This document shows, in pieces, positions 49,688 through 61,278 of a stretch of 64,000 bases of DNA (its first letter is position 1; each line of letters starts with the position of its first letter). Position numbers and translations under genes: made by a program. Under the pieces are notes generated by a model that was given only the letters and a program-made list of their open reading frames with translations, was not told the origin of the DNA and did no database searches. Source of the stretch: a virus. The stretch lies in IMG/VR virus record IMGVR_UViG_3300031088_000737, positions 32,001 through 96,000 of that record, one strand, 5' to 3'.

Positions 49688-51472
49688 ATGACTACACAAA
49701 AAACTCTTTCAGTGTTGAATAAAATAACTTCAAAATATTCAAAGAATCTTTATAATGAAACCTCATTTCATGATCACTTCAAAAAAGATAATAATAACTC
49801 ACTTGGAATATCTTTTGAAGATGTAGATTATGCTTTAAATAAGCTTATTTATGAAATTCAAGTAGATGAAGATAAATTCATTTACAACGATTATGATAAT
49901 CTAGAAACACCTGTAGACATTTACAATGGGGCAATATATGCAACCTATGCTCCAAGCACTAGAGGTGACTTTAAAAAATCATTGAACTCTATGTTAGACC
50001 ATTTAGATATTTTAATCAAAATGCCAGCTATTCGTGAATCAAAACAATATTATAATTATTTAAGTAGATTGGATTCAATGAAAACATTTTCTCAGCAGGT
50101 TATGGATGAATTTGAACCTAACACTTTATTTAAAACTAAAGTGCAAATAATCAATCAAAAACTAAAAATTAATAATCAGCATAAAAAAGAAAAAGATTTT
50201 TTAATCAGAAAACTTAAAAAACTAGCCAATGAGTATCCCGTAATAAACGAAACAAAAATTAGAGAACTTTTTTATAAATTTAATGAAAATTATATCAATA
50301 TAGAAAAAGAATGTAAAGAAATTATTAAATCTAAAAACCCCATTGAATTCGAATGTATGGCGGATAGATTTATTGAATCAATGAACTTGGGGGAAACTCC
50401 TGTTCAACAATTTCTTATTAACAAACAAAAAAATATTGAAATAATATGTGAAGAAAAATTTACAAAATCACAGATAAATCAAGAAGTTTACATATTTTCT
50501 GATCATAGCATTGTTGTTAATCATCGTGATGATGGATACAAAAAAATTGAAGGTTCAATAGCATTAAGACAATTCAATTTTGATTTACATCTTGATTCAA
50601 TAGATTATATGCTTAGAAAGAAACCACAAGTTAATAAATTTTTCAAAGCAAAATTTTTAGAAGAGAATAACTACAGTGCCGCAATCAATGCTATTGTTTC
50701 TTTCAATGAGAACGAAGTTATATTAAAGAATAGTGGTATAAAGTTGGCTTTATTTCAAGATAAATCTTTTGAAGCCATTGATGACTACATCAATCATATC
50801 AAAAAAATTCATAAAGTTGAACAGTTTGCTGGTAGTATTTTGAGTGCTAAGTATAAGCACCTTCTTAATATTAACACATTCCCTTTATTTGAAACATTGT
50901 ATGAGAAAGATTTTGGGCAAAAAGAATTACAAATGTATATTGGTAAAAAATTAGCAGCCATCAAATCAGATAATGATATGATTAATATACTAAAAGGAAC
51001 ACTAAATTTATTTAGTGGATTTTTAATTGACAACGTTATTGAAAAATTAGAAAATTTAAAAATAAAGCCAATAATTAATGAAAACAATATATTAGTTTTT
51101 GAAGTTGAAAATTATGCAAACTGCAAAGAAATGGGTTCACCTGCTTGGTGTATTGTTCGTAATGAAAGTTATTTTGAGCAATATACAAAAGATGATAGTA
51201 GACAATATATTTGTTATGATTTTAATAAAAGTGAAACTGATATAAACTCATTAGTTGGATTTACTTATGATGCTTTTGGAACTATTGATGCTGCACATTA
51301 TAAAAATGATGATGCAATAGATTATGAAGAAGATACTAAAGTTTTCAATATATTTCAACAGACATTATATTTAAATAAAAGTAGACATCAAATAGATAAT
51401 GAATTATTACAAAAACTAGATAATGAATATATAAAAATTAAAAATAACAAACATGGAGTAAAGTTGTCATGA
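49688..51472 (+). CDS. Hypothetical protein with GSPAWCIVR motif, paralog of 5207..6970
   Basis: Same shared blocks as 5207..6970. Confidence 0.8.
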   Translation: MTTQKTLSVLNKITSKYSKNLYNETSFHDHFKKDNNNSLGISFEDVDYALNKLIYEIQVDEDKFIYNDYDNLETPVDIYNGAIYATYAPSTRGDFKKSLNSMLDHLDILIKMPAIRESKQYYNYLSRLDSMKTFSQQVMDEFEPNTLFKTKVQIINQKLKINNQHKKEKDFLIRKLKKLANEYPVINETKIRELFYKFNENYINIEKECKEIIKSKNPIEFECMADRFIESMNLGETPVQQFLINKQKNIEIICEEKFTKSQINQEVYIFSDHSIVVNHRDDGYKKIEGSIALRQFNFDLHLDSIDYMLRKKPQVNKFFKAKFLEENNYSAAINAIVSFNENEVILKNSGIKLALFQDKSFEAIDDYINHIKKIHKVEQFAGSILSAKYKHLLNINTFPLFETLYEKDFGQKELQMYIGKKLAAIKSDNDMINILKGTLNLFSGFLIDNVIEKLENLKIKPIINENNILVFEVENYANCKEMGSPAWCIVRNESYFEQYTKDDSRQYICYDFNKSETDINSLVGFTYDAFGTIDAAHYKNDDAIDYEEDTKVFNIFQQTLYLNKSRHQIDNELLQKLDNEYIKIKNNKHGVKLS

Positions 51473-52845
51473 GAAAAGCTCGAAAAGATGATATTTTAGA
51501 TTTGATGGATTTGTTTAGTAAAAAATATGATGTCGATATAGATTATATTCAACCAATTATTCTTAAAGGAATTTTAAATCTCCCAGCATATCGTGATATC
51601 ATTTCTACAGCATTAGCAAAGACAAGCGATGGTCGCTTTATATTGTTAGTAGGAAATTCATATAACAAAATTTCAGATGAAAAAAATAAATCAAATTCAT
51701 TTTTTAATGATTATAAAATATCTAAAATTAAAAATTCTGATATTGAGATTCTTTTACACGAGTCTGTACCTGAATTGTTGAGTTCCGTGTTAAATATTAT
51801 CGAAAATAGCTCTAGTTTAAAAGATTTGATCGATGATTTTACTAAGACTTTCACATTGGAAGATCTCCATGCAATGAATACCATTCATAATACCCCATTA
51901 TTTGAGATGATGCTTTCTGTTCATTCTGCAGAACAGGAAAACGATTTTCACAAAATAAATATATTGAAAGAAAAAATTGTTAATTCTTTTCTTCATATTG
52001 TAAGACAAAATAATATGAATACAGATATTTTTTATAATTCAATTCTTCAGAACTCTAACTTTAAAGAATTTAAAGAACTTTTCTCAAACTTAGTTTCTAA
52101 CTATTTTGATTTATTTAAATATCATCATGAAATTAATTTGGGGCTTGCTGCCATTTCTGAAACAGAACAATCTTTGTTGAATAAACCTATTATTAATGAT
52201 TTTTTTGATTTATTATCTAAGGAATATCCAGAATATTTTTTTAATGATAACATTTCTTTACATGAATATTCAGTGGATGACCATGAATTGATCAATTCGC
52301 AAAAGTCAATTAATGATATCTTAAAACCTTTCAATTTATTTGATATTCGTTTTTTACCGCAACTGAATTCTGAAGGACTCTCAGGATTTTATAATATTCC
52401 TGAGCGTTCATCTGATGGATTAAATAGTGTGAGGTTTATTGGAGAGAATCCATTTTTTACAAAATATTATGTTTATTTAGAACATATTAAGTCAGCAAAT
52501 AAATTGGATGTATATAATTTAGAAACAATTGATTTCATTGAGAAAACATCAATTGATATAATTGAAAATGTTGTGAGAAAATGTTTAGAACTAGCTCAAG
52601 AAACAGGGTTCATTCTAAATATAAATAAACAATTTCAATTTATATCAACAGAGAATGATAATCATTTTAATATTGTTACCTGTTTTCATAAATTATCCAT
52701 AGAGTATCCGAATGTGGTGGTTATTAATACAGAGGATCGTGATCTAAAGATAGCCAACCATTCAAAAAATATTTTAGCATTTACGAATGATGATTTTAAT
52801 ATTAATAAAAAATCTTTGAGTAACAATTTCAAACAAAAAATTTAA
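51469..52845 (+). CDS. Hypothetical protein coupled to 49688..51472
   Basis: 4-nt overlap (ATGA) with the upstream gene. Confidence 0.75.
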   Translation: MRKARKDDILDLMDLFSKKYDVDIDYIQPIILKGILNLPAYRDIISTALAKTSDGRFILLVGNSYNKISDEKNKSNSFFNDYKISKIKNSDIEILLHESVPELLSSVLNIIENSSSLKDLIDDFTKTFTLEDLHAMNTIHNTPLFEMMLSVHSAEQENDFHKINILKEKIVNSFLHIVRQNNMNTDIFYNSILQNSNFKEFKELFSNLVSNYFDLFKYHHEINLGLAAISETEQSLLNKPIINDFFDLLSKEYPEYFFNDNISLHEYSVDDHELINSQKSINDILKPFNLFDIRFLPQLNSEGLSGFYNIPERSSDGLNSVRFIGENPFFTKYYVYLEHIKSANKLDVYNLETIDFIEKTSIDIIENVVRKCLELAQETGFILNINKQFQFISTENDNHFNIVTCFHKLSIEYPNVVVINTEDRDLKIANHSKNILAFTNDDFNINKKSLSNNFKQKI

Positions 52846-52921
52846 AAAATATCTATGTTTTGATTGCTTTTTTAAGGCTTGACTTATATGATATAACTAA
52901 TATTAACAGGAGTTGTAAAAA

Positions 52922-53923
52922 ATGCAATTAAGACAAAAAGTAGACGTTGGGGTTATATGCCTGATGGTAATAGGGTTTATAACGATTATGAAGATATCTT
53001 TACTCCCCGCATTACTGGCAGGTATGGTCACATTTCTGATGATGCGATTCTCGGAACAAATGATGAATAATTATATGAAGCTTGGTAATATGTCAAAATT
53101 TGTTTCTACTATATTCATATCGCTCATTATTATAGGGTTTTTAACTCTTATCTCCATGTATTCATTCTCTTGGCTCTATAAGACGGTTAGTAACCCAGAT
53201 ATGATTGTTAACGAAATTACGGTAGTATTAGATAAAACCATAAAAGACTTACCACCAAAAATATCTGGTTTCTTTCCTCAAGACATTCATAAGCTAAAAG
53301 TCAGCATTGTCGATTTCATGAAAGAGAACCTATTTGTACTAAGAGAATTCAGTCGTGGTGCAACACATACTTTAATTACTATGATTTTAGGTATGATTAT
53401 TGGTATTATGATTGCCGCTAGTGATTATGTTAAAACTGATAAGATGTTTCTTGATTCTCTAAAAACACGTTATGCACATTTAATTGAATCTTTCAAACAT
53501 GTAATGGTTGCACAAGCAGGTATTGCACTCTTTAATGCGGTAATGACTGCCTTGTTCTTACTTATTGCTATGCCACTCTTTGGTGTTGATTTCCCATTTG
53601 CAAAAACCATCATCATCTTAACGTTTGTTATCGGTTTAATCCCTATTGCGGGTAACTTGATTGTGAATGCGATTGTATTGCTTGTTGGCCTATCCGTTTC
53701 ACCGTATGTGGGTGTCAGTGCCTTTGCTTATTTAATTTTCATACATAAATTCGAATACTTCTTGAATGCTAAAATTATCGGTAGTAGAATAGAAGCTAAA
53801 GCATTTGAACTCTTGGTTGCAATGTTGATAATGGAATCTATATTTGGTGTCACTGGGCTTATCGCAGCTCCTATTCTTTATTGTTACTTAAAGAAAGAAC
53901 TCAAATATCACGAAGTTATTTAA
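52922..53923 (+). CDS. AI-2E family transporter
   Basis: Polytopic membrane protein; GLIPIAGNLI, HKFEYFLNAKIIG, FGVTGLIAAP. Confidence 0.85.
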   Translation: MQLRQKVDVGVICLMVIGFITIMKISLLPALLAGMVTFLMMRFSEQMMNNYMKLGNMSKFVSTIFISLIIIGFLTLISMYSFSWLYKTVSNPDMIVNEITVVLDKTIKDLPPKISGFFPQDIHKLKVSIVDFMKENLFVLREFSRGATHTLITMILGMIIGIMIAASDYVKTDKMFLDSLKTRYAHLIESFKHVMVAQAGIALFNAVMTALFLLIAMPLFGVDFPFAKTIIILTFVIGLIPIAGNLIVNAIVLLVGLSVSPYVGVSAFAYLIFIHKFEYFLNAKIIGSRIEAKAFELLVAMLIMESIFGVTGLIAAPILYCYLKKELKYHEVI

Positions 53924-53977
53924 AACAACATAAGAATGGAGGTCAAGTGACCTTCATTTTTTTTAGGAGCCAAAAAA

Positions 53978-54718
53978 TTGAAAAACCGAATACGATACGC
54001 TATGCCTCTCACCATTGATGAATTAGAGCATATCATTTTCAAAGTTGGTAAAACTGCAGTATTTGATGACAATGTAATAAAGTCATCACTCTTAGAGCAA
54101 GCTGGCTTTATTTCTATTCTTGATTTAGAAGCAAGCGAATATCTTTTTAAATCCTTTGAACATTACATCTTATTAATCAACATAGAACGTTTGATTAACA
54201 CAAATAAATTCTACATATCATCAAAATCTTACATATTAAACAATGAACGAAATATCAGCATCATTAAAAACTTAAATCGTGATAATTATCTTCATATTTT
54301 ATCAACTGTTGGTGATTCAGAAGAAACGTTGATTGGTAATAAATTTTACATTACGAATAACACAAAAGCCTATAAAGAAGTTTTTGATTTTCCTGAGCAT
54401 CTTGATATGGGAGTAACATATAGCGTATTTAAATATCAAGATTTCAAATATCGTATTGAACAAATTTGGATGGATGGTATGTTTGATGTTCAATATATTT
54501 CAAATGAAGATAATAACAATCTTATTGTAACGGACTTAACATTCTCTGAATACGGAACGTTGATAGCCTATTCTGTTGAAAACAAGAAAGGGTCAGTAAA
54601 ATCTAGTAACCTAAATTCATTGATTGATACCAGCCATGTTAACATAGACAACTATCATTCATTTTTCCAAAAAATCAATAAAGAAACGTTAACGGTTATT
54701 GAAATGCTTATTGAATAA
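53978..54718 (+). CDS. Hypothetical protein (M-4 family), paralog of 55534/56303/57116
   Basis: TTG start after GGAG; ends IDNYHSFFQKINKETLTVIEMLIE. Confidence 0.7.
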   Translation: MKNRIRYAMPLTIDELEHIIFKVGKTAVFDDNVIKSSLLEQAGFISILDLEASEYLFKSFEHYILLINIERLINTNKFYISSKSYILNNERNISIIKNLNRDNYLHILSTVGDSEETLIGNKFYITNNTKAYKEVFDFPEHLDMGVTYSVFKYQDFKYRIEQIWMDGMFDVQYISNEDNNNLIVTDLTFSEYGTLIAYSVENKKGSVKSSNLNSLIDTSHVNIDNYHSFFQKINKETLTVIEMLIE

Positions 54719-54775
54719 TATTGTTGAGTAATATTATAATTATGCTATAATAGAAATAAATAATATGAGAACATT

Positions 54776-55453
54776 ATGCAAAATATATTTAAACAAAGCA
54801 TTAGCAATCAGCTTTATAATGATATCTTTACAACTTATCAATATATAAATTATACTTCATTTTATAAAGATGAAAACGAACGCAATATTAATAAAAAAGA
54901 AAACCAAAAAAAAATAGCAATGATTGCTGCTGGTAGTTTAGGATTGCTCACGGTTGGTATGATGGCACTTAATCATTTTGATATTTATCAAATAAATCCT
55001 GAAAACATTAAATTTAGTGTGGTTGCAGCTATATCTGCTATTTCTATTAATGCAACAATTTCAAATACTTTAGATAGATTAAAAAACAATCGCAACAAAA
55101 GATATTTTGACGAAGCGTTGAATTATGACCAATTTGAAAAAAGATTGGTCGCTGATTTAAAATCTTATGGCATTCCAGTCCAATATAAAGAAGTCTCAAC
55201 ATTAAAAGAACATAATGATTTGAAAGACATTTGGAAAAACTCAGATAAAAAAGATTTTATTGATGATGTTCGTAGCAAAACTACCGAGTATGTTAAAAAG
55301 TTAATGGATACTTATGTTGAACCTGCTTTAGTAGAATCATCAGCAAAGTTAGATCAACAATACATAAAACGTATGCTAGATGGTTTCAGTGAAGAACCTG
55401 TTGCAGAGATAGCTTTACCATCAAAAACAAAACCTAAGAAAAATACACCATAA
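54776..55453 (+). CDS. Membrane-anchored hypothetical protein
   Basis: Two hydrophobic segments; N-terminus resembles 60152..60676 (FKQSISxxL). Confidence 0.7.
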   Translation: MQNIFKQSISNQLYNDIFTTYQYINYTSFYKDENERNINKKENQKKIAMIAAGSLGLLTVGMMALNHFDIYQINPENIKFSVVAAISAISINATISNTLDRLKNNRNKRYFDEALNYDQFEKRLVADLKSYGIPVQYKEVSTLKEHNDLKDIWKNSDKKDFIDDVRSKTTEYVKKLMDTYVEPALVESSAKLDQQYIKRMLDGFSEEPVAEIALPSKTKPKKNTP

Positions 55454-55533
55454 CAAAAAAGGCTTCGGCCTTTTTTTGTTGCTATTATTCTCAATAATGT
55501 GCTATAATACTGGCATTCTAATGAGGTCTGATT

Positions 55534-56292
55534 ATGCTGGATATTAAAAACATAGAACCTGACATTTTATTCATTACTAAAAGTATACCTACCGATATCT
55601 TTATGGCGGCTTTGACAACCATTGGTTCGACCGTATATTTTTACGAAGATGAATCTATTATTAAAGATATTTTGCTTTTTCATGGATTCAAAGATATCAG
55701 CTCAACATTACGAACTATCCACTATAAGGTTACTAATGGAAAGATACTTCTCATTCATATAGAAGATTTTTATGTCCGAGATAAATACTGGATTCAATTA
55801 ACGGATAAAAATATTAATTATATTGAAAATAATTTAAAAGAATACGATGACCCCTTGGACTCATTAGATTGTATTAATGAGGGTATTTATCAATTGTATG
55901 ATACAACTTTAGAAATTCCATTTAATGAAATGTTTGATGTTGCCCATATCATTGATGAAAAAATTAAAATTAATAAAATTGAACTTTCATTTAAATACGA
56001 AAAAGATAAAATGATGTCAATTAGAATTTTTCATCGAAAAGGCAGTTATATCCATATAAGTTATATAAATTACGTTGATAAATTTGATTATCTATATTCG
56101 GACTTTATTGAATTTGTTGCTGGCCGCATGAATGTCGCACGATTAATCAATAAAACAAAAAAAATAAATTTAGATATTACATCTGATTCTGATATTGTTG
56201 ATGTAGCCACTCTTACCTTGGATAACTTTCATTTATTCTGGAAGAATTTTACACCCGAACAAAAACTGCTTGTTGAAATGTCTGCAATATAA
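55534..56292 (+). CDS. Hypothetical protein (M-4 family)
   Basis: Ends TLDNFHLFWKNFTPEQKLLVEMSAI. Confidence 0.8.
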   Translation: MLDIKNIEPDILFITKSIPTDIFMAALTTIGSTVYFYEDESIIKDILLFHGFKDISSTLRTIHYKVTNGKILLIHIEDFYVRDKYWIQLTDKNINYIENNLKEYDDPLDSLDCINEGIYQLYDTTLEIPFNEMFDVAHIIDEKIKINKIELSFKYEKDKMMSIRIFHRKGSYIHISYINYVDKFDYLYSDFIEFVAGRMNVARLINKTKKINLDITSDSDIVDVATLTLDNFHLFWKNFTPEQKLLVEMSAI

Positions 56293-56302
56293 GGACTAGA
56301 TA

Positions 56303-57082
56303 ATGATTGACTTAAAAACCACTGAGATGAAGCTTATCACTGTAGATATTAATACCTTTGATGCTAACGAATTTGTTAGTCATGTGTATGAACCAGAAGT
56401 GTGTGTTGCTTTTATTAACTACAGTTATGAAATGCTAGACAATGTTTTTAGAAATGCCGGATTTTCAAAAATCAAAACGGCTGAAACTCCACATTACTTT
56501 CAAGTTTTAGGAGCGTATATTTTCGTTGTTTACTTAGAGGCGAGTGTCGATAACTTTGTAATGAGAGAAAAATATTACCTTTATAATTCTGAACAAAACC
56601 TGAAAGCTGTCGAAACCTTCAGTAATAAACGGGCCAGTAATGGTTCATTTAAAGATTTTCATAGCGATAGTGAAGTCTTTAAGCATAAACTCTTTCCAGA
56701 GTCTTTAGATATGCCATTTTACGTCAACTATCTTGTTCGCTCAGCTTATGAAACGCCGAAACTACTTAGATTAGATTTGGGTTTTAAATATGGTCAAGAT
56801 AAGTTTATGTTTGTATCTATTTTTGATAGAGCAGATAAACGTATACAAATTCAGTATGATACCTATACCCCTAACTGTCAGTATATGTATGCCGAATTTA
56901 TTCAGTTTATTAATGATGAATTAGTCGATTTAACTATCTTTAATCCAAAAAATCAGAAAAAGATGTCGATGATGAATCTGCGGGATGAATTTGATGCTCA
57001 CATTACACTCGACAACTATCATCTTTTCTGGGAACGTTACACGGCTGAACAACTCACATTGATTGAAATGTTAATGGTCTAG
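56303..57082 (+). CDS. Hypothetical protein (M-4 family)
   Basis: Ends TLDNYHLFWERYTAEQLTLIEMLMV. Confidence 0.8.
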   Translation: MIDLKTTEMKLITVDINTFDANEFVSHVYEPEVCVAFINYSYEMLDNVFRNAGFSKIKTAETPHYFQVLGAYIFVVYLEASVDNFVMREKYYLYNSEQNLKAVETFSNKRASNGSFKDFHSDSEVFKHKLFPESLDMPFYVNYLVRSAYETPKLLRLDLGFKYGQDKFMFVSIFDRADKRIQIQYDTYTPNCQYMYAEFIQFINDELVDLTIFNPKNQKKMSMMNLRDEFDAHITLDNYHLFWERYTAEQLTLIEMLMV

Positions 57083-57115
57083 TCGCTTACATATTTAAAA
57101 TGAGGATACTTAATT

Positions 57116-57880
57116 ATGATGGATTTGGAAAATACCGATATACACTTATTGTTTGTTGATATAGAAACAGAAAAAGAGACGCTTTGTCGTTATTTAAGCA
57201 CACCAGCAACTACTGTTTGGTTTGAAAGTCATCGTTCAGAATTATTTTATGATTTGCTTATAAAATCAGGTTTTCAACAATTTAAAAATTTAACAAAATT
57301 GTACTTTCAAGTTTTTGGTGAATTGATCTTGATTATTAATGTTTATGAGACAAATGTTAAAGAAAAATATTGGATTAAAAACACTGAAAGTAATCTGGAA
57401 TTCGTTCAGAAAGCAGATTTAAATTATGAAAGCTCCTTTCAAAGTTATTACAGTGATGCTGCACAACAATATAATCTGTATCCAGAAGCGGTCGATGTTC
57501 CGTTTTTTGAACACTTCGAAATTAGACAAACAGGTAATTTATTTTTAAATAAACCGAGCTTAATTCGTGTAGATATTGGTTTTAAATATGCTCCCGATCA
57601 ATTTATTATTGCTTCTCTTTTTAAAAATGATAAAAATACTGTTCATATTTGTTATGATGACTATAATGATAATTCTAAAAAAACATATCCTGACTTTATA
57701 GAATTTGAAGGTAACCAATTAAGTGTTGTGCAGATGTTAAATAGAAAAACTAGTAAAAAGATATCACTGCTAGAAGAAAACATGTTTGATAGCACACAGA
57801 TAACCTTATCGAACTTTCATTTGTTTTGGGAGCGAATGACAGCCGAAGAGAAAACACTATTAGATATTTTGTTAATTTAA
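57116..57880 (+). CDS. Hypothetical protein (M-4 family)
   Basis: Ends TLSNFHLFWERMTAEEKTLLDILLI. Confidence 0.8.
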   Translation: MMDLENTDIHLLFVDIETEKETLCRYLSTPATTVWFESHRSELFYDLLIKSGFQQFKNLTKLYFQVFGELILIINVYETNVKEKYWIKNTESNLEFVQKADLNYESSFQSYYSDAAQQYNLYPEAVDVPFFEHFEIRQTGNLFLNKPSLIRVDIGFKYAPDQFIIASLFKNDKNTVHICYDDYNDNSKKTYPDFIEFEGNQLSVVQMLNRKTSKKISLLEENMFDSTQITLSNFHLFWERMTAEEKTLLDILLI

Positions 57881-57908
57881 ACAGAAAGGAGCCTAAGCTC
57901 CTTTTTTG

Positions 57909-58388
57909 TTATTTAAAGAAAGGTGTTAGCGATTCTTTTTCAGTAAAAAGGCGAACTAAATCGATTCGTTTGACCGTGTATTTTGATTTTTTGAACTTTT
58001 CTGCGAGTATAATCAAAGCCGTGATGATATTGTTGTTATTCTTAGTTAAATCAAGTTCAATTAAATGAATACTACCACGTTCTTGGTAGTTAACCATATT
58101 AAATACACATTTACCTTCATGAAAGGCTTCTCTGAATAGGTTTAACAATACTTCTTTCCCGCAATCTACGTCAGTCTCAATTAAATAAGTTTTGTTGGTT
58201 TCGATATGTTTAACTTGTTCTGGATTGGTTATTGCCCCTTCCAGTGTATTCCAGTTCTTCATGAAGAACACTTTTGCGAGTGCTTCCAGTATTTTGTTAT
58301 TTGGTAAAGAGACACCTTGTTCAGCTAAATACTTGGAAAGGTTTTTGGCAGATGCTTTTATATTTTGTTTGGTGGTTTCATATTTCAT
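57909..58388 (-). CDS. Hypothetical protein sharing the N-terminal helical domain of 3593..5116
   Basis: K..AKxL.......LEALAK.FF.KNWNTL pattern; GGAG SD before ATG 58388. Confidence 0.65.
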   Translation of the reverse strand: MKYETTKQNIKASAKNLSKYLAEQGVSLPNNKILEALAKVFFMKNWNTLEGAITNPEQVKHIETNKTYLIETDVDCGKEVLLNLFREAFHEGKCVFNMVNYQERGSIHLIELDLTKNNNNIITALIILAEKFKKSKYTVKRIDLVRLFTEKESLTPFFK

Positions 58389-58562
58389 TTTTGAGACTCC
58401 TAATTGATGTCCAAAAAGTGCTTCCATTGCTTATAGGCAATTAGTAGTAGTTTAGTTTGAAAGATCCTTAGTTCGCCAAATTGGAAGCGGCTAGCCATAG
58501 ACACATGAAGTGGTAAAGGAGGCTGTTTGAATAATAACCTCCTTTTTATGAAAAATCAAGTA

Positions 58563-59450
58563 TTAAATTGCAATACCTTCTTTGTTTAGTGACAATTTTG
58601 CCTGAATTCGGAAGTTATCAATGAACGTATTCTTGATGTTTTGCTCAGCATCCAGTTGTTGTTTAATTTCATTGTGGTCATTATTAATCGTTTTCATAAT
58701 CTCTTCAACTTTGACGGCAACGTTATAAAGTTGACTATCTGTATTTCCCAAACTGTTTAAGACCATAAAACTTGAAAAGGTGTCCATAAAACCATTATCT
58801 GACATGTCAAAAACAAAATCCAATGTAGTCCATAAAGAATCGAGTTGGACTTCACTGACCTTTAGACGTGTGTATTCAAGTTCTTTCTTGAATTTATTGA
58901 TGGCAGGCATAACATCATTCACTTCTGAACGTGCCGTGCTGGTGCTCATACTCGACATCAGTGAAATTCCTTTGTTCTTAGTAAACATGTCTAGGGTTTC
59001 CATCGACTGAGCTGAACTGATGGCTGAGCGTGCTTCACTGATCTCTTTTAAGACATAATCGCCCGCTTTCTTGGTTTTATGAATGGTGTTGTATAAATCA
59101 GTGGCTAATTGCACTCGCTTGTTAATCTCTTCATATTTTGTATTGTTTTCTTGGTTGGACATAATGAGTTGATTGGTATAATTGTCATGCAATGATTGTT
59201 TTTTACTCAAAAGCTCTTGTGAATATCTTTTTGACAAGGATTCTTTTTCAGCAATAAAGGCTTTCAATTCTTTCAATTGTTTTCTTTTTGCAAAGGCAAA
59301 CAATCTTTTGAAAAAGTTAATGGCTTTGTATTCAGCCGTAAAATCTATCAAGATAACTTCATATTCCGAAATAACGGTTTTCGTCTTTTTAATTTCATCT
59401 TGTTTGTTATTTTCAAAGGTTTTGTAATCATTGATTAAATTTGACAACAT
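58563..59450 (-). CDS. Coiled-coil hypothetical protein
   Basis: 295-aa ORF, AGGAG SD. Confidence 0.75.
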   Translation of the reverse strand: MLSNLINDYKTFENNKQDEIKKTKTVISEYEVILIDFTAEYKAINFFKRLFAFAKRKQLKELKAFIAEKESLSKRYSQELLSKKQSLHDNYTNQLIMSNQENNTKYEEINKRVQLATDLYNTIHKTKKAGDYVLKEISEARSAISSAQSMETLDMFTKNKGISLMSSMSTSTARSEVNDVMPAINKFKKELEYTRLKVSEVQLDSLWTTLDFVFDMSDNGFMDTFSSFMVLNSLGNTDSQLYNVAVKVEEIMKTINNDHNEIKQQLDAEQNIKNTFIDNFRIQAKLSLNKEGIAI

Positions 59451-59561
59451 TGAGTAAACTCCTAAAAGAATACTTGATTATACCTTTTTCACATTCATAA
59501 ATCAATATAATTTTGAAAGCAAAAAAAACACATCAAGTGTTTTTTTATTTTGTTTGATTAA

Positions 59562-60089
59562 TTATCTCAAATTATCATTTTTCAATGTCTTTTTAACTTC
59601 TTTTAGTACATTGGATTGATGAGCGGGTGGATTTTTTATACTGTCGTCTACTATTGTTTTTATTTTGTTAAAGGTATCGCCTATGTCTAAATCTTCTAAT
59701 TTTTTCAAAAAATCATTACCATGTTTTTCATTATGTTTTGATTGCATTGTTTTTTCAAGATTTTTATCATTTTCAAGGTTTTCTTTAGCCCTATGGTTAA
59801 GATATGAAAGCATACCAGCACCAACGGCAAGGCCAACTGGTAAGATCGCTCCTAATGCACCGCCAGCTCCTATATTTTGAAGATAAAGCTTACCTAATAG
59901 CATACCAGTAGGAATGGTCGCCATGCCTGTTAAAAATGTGCTTAAAACAAGATTGTTAGAGAGTTCATTACGATTATCAATTTTTGTATCAACTGATTTG
60001 TAGTTTTTCATTTTTGTTGAAAAGTCTTCAACAAGTTCATTCACTTTATTTAAAAGAACATCTGAATTTTTATTTATGAAAAGCGTCAT
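59562..60089 (-). CDS. Glycine-zipper membrane protein, paralog of 60152..60676
   Basis: AxIPxGMxxGxxYL...GGAxxGAIxPxGL; VDxSIKNPP. Confidence 0.75.
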   Translation of the reverse strand: MTLFINKNSDVLLNKVNELVEDFSTKMKNYKSVDTKIDNRNELSNNLVLSTFLTGMATIPTGMLLGKLYLQNIGAGGALGAILPVGLAVGAGMLSYLNHRAKENLENDKNLEKTMQSKHNEKHGNDFLKKLEDLDIGDTFNKIKTIVDDSIKNPPAHQSNVLKEVKKTLKNDNLR

Positions 60090-60151
60090 GTGTTTATTAT
60101 ATAGTTGTTATTAATATATTATCATACTCTTGAAAAATAGAAATATATGCA

Positions 60152-60676
60152 TTAAAGTTTATTTTTTTTAAGCACTTCTCTAACTTCATTACCCACATCT
60201 TCCTGAAATTTAGGTGGATTTTTAATACTTTCATCAACAACTGCTTTTATTTCTTTAAAGGCATCATCAAGATTGAATTCGCTAAGTTTTTCTAAGAAAT
60301 CTTTTCCCACTACTTCATTGTGCTTGGATTGTAATGATTTATCTAAAGAATCACTGATAGCTAATTGCTGGGTGTCTTTACGATTTAAGTATGAAATCAA
60401 CCCAGAACCTAAGCCAAGACCAGCAGGGATTATTGCTCCTATTGTTGCACCGCCTGTTAAACTGTCCAAATAGGCTGATCCTATCCACATTCCAATAGGG
60501 ATAGCCGCAATAATAGACGCTGCAGCTCCACTTAATAGTTCTTCTGCAACTTCTTCACGATCTTCTATCTTTTCTGCTATTGATACATAATTTATTAAAT
60601 TTTCAGTGTAATCATCGACTAAACCATGAAGTTCATTCGACAGTTCTTCTGATATGCTTTGTTTGAATAGTGCCAT
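60152..60676 (-). CDS. Glycine-zipper membrane protein
   Basis: Same motifs as 59562..60089. Confidence 0.75.
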   Translation of the reverse strand: MALFKQSISEELSNELHGLVDDYTENLINYVSIAEKIEDREEVAEELLSGAAASIIAAIPIGMWIGSAYLDSLTGGATIGAIIPAGLGLGSGLISYLNRKDTQQLAISDSLDKSLQSKHNEVVGKDFLEKLSEFNLDDAFKEIKAVVDESIKNPPKFQEDVGNEVREVLKKNKL

Positions 60677-60819
60677 GTTGATATATTTTAATTATTATAA
60701 TAATTGTAACATGTTTTAATTGCTTGTGAATAAGTTTTAAAAAAAATATACGTTGTAATTCTTTTCAGGTTGCATTAAAAAACCCTCAATTGAGGGCTTT
60801 TAATTTATTTTTTTCTTTT

Positions 60820-61278
60820 TTAAGCGGTTTTAATGTAAGAATTGATACTGACATCAATAATTTTATCTACGTTAATAGAGGCAACCAGTTTTTTATCAGT
60901 AAAATGTTTATTAGCTTCAAATAACTCTTCTTTTATAATGTGTTTGGCTACTGTTTTTTTGTTCACTGATTTGGATAGTCTTTGTCTTTTCAAGTTGATT
61001 TGGAGTATCCAATCAATGAGTTTGAAATAGCATTTTTTTACATCTATCGTATTATTGAATTCGTTGACGAACAATTTAAAACAATTAGCATCAACTTCAC
61101 TGATTTGTTCTTTTATAAGTTTTATTGCATAACCTTCGTTTTTAACATTCGCATTGACGTGACCTTTAACAAATTCAATAACCTTTAACCAGTTATCTTC
61201 TTTAATTTTTAAGTCATAGATTATTTTAGCACTTAATGTAATCAATACGTTGTATGGGTTTTCAATTAGTTTAGACAT
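60820..61278 (-). CDS. Hypothetical protein
   Basis: 152-aa ORF, AGGTG SD. Confidence 0.7.
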   Translation of the reverse strand: MSKLIENPYNVLITLSAKIIYDLKIKEDNWLKVIEFVKGHVNANVKNEGYAIKLIKEQISEVDANCFKLFVNEFNNTIDVKKCYFKLIDWILQINLKRQRLSKSVNKKTVAKHIIKEELFEANKHFTDKKLVASINVDKIIDVSINSYIKTA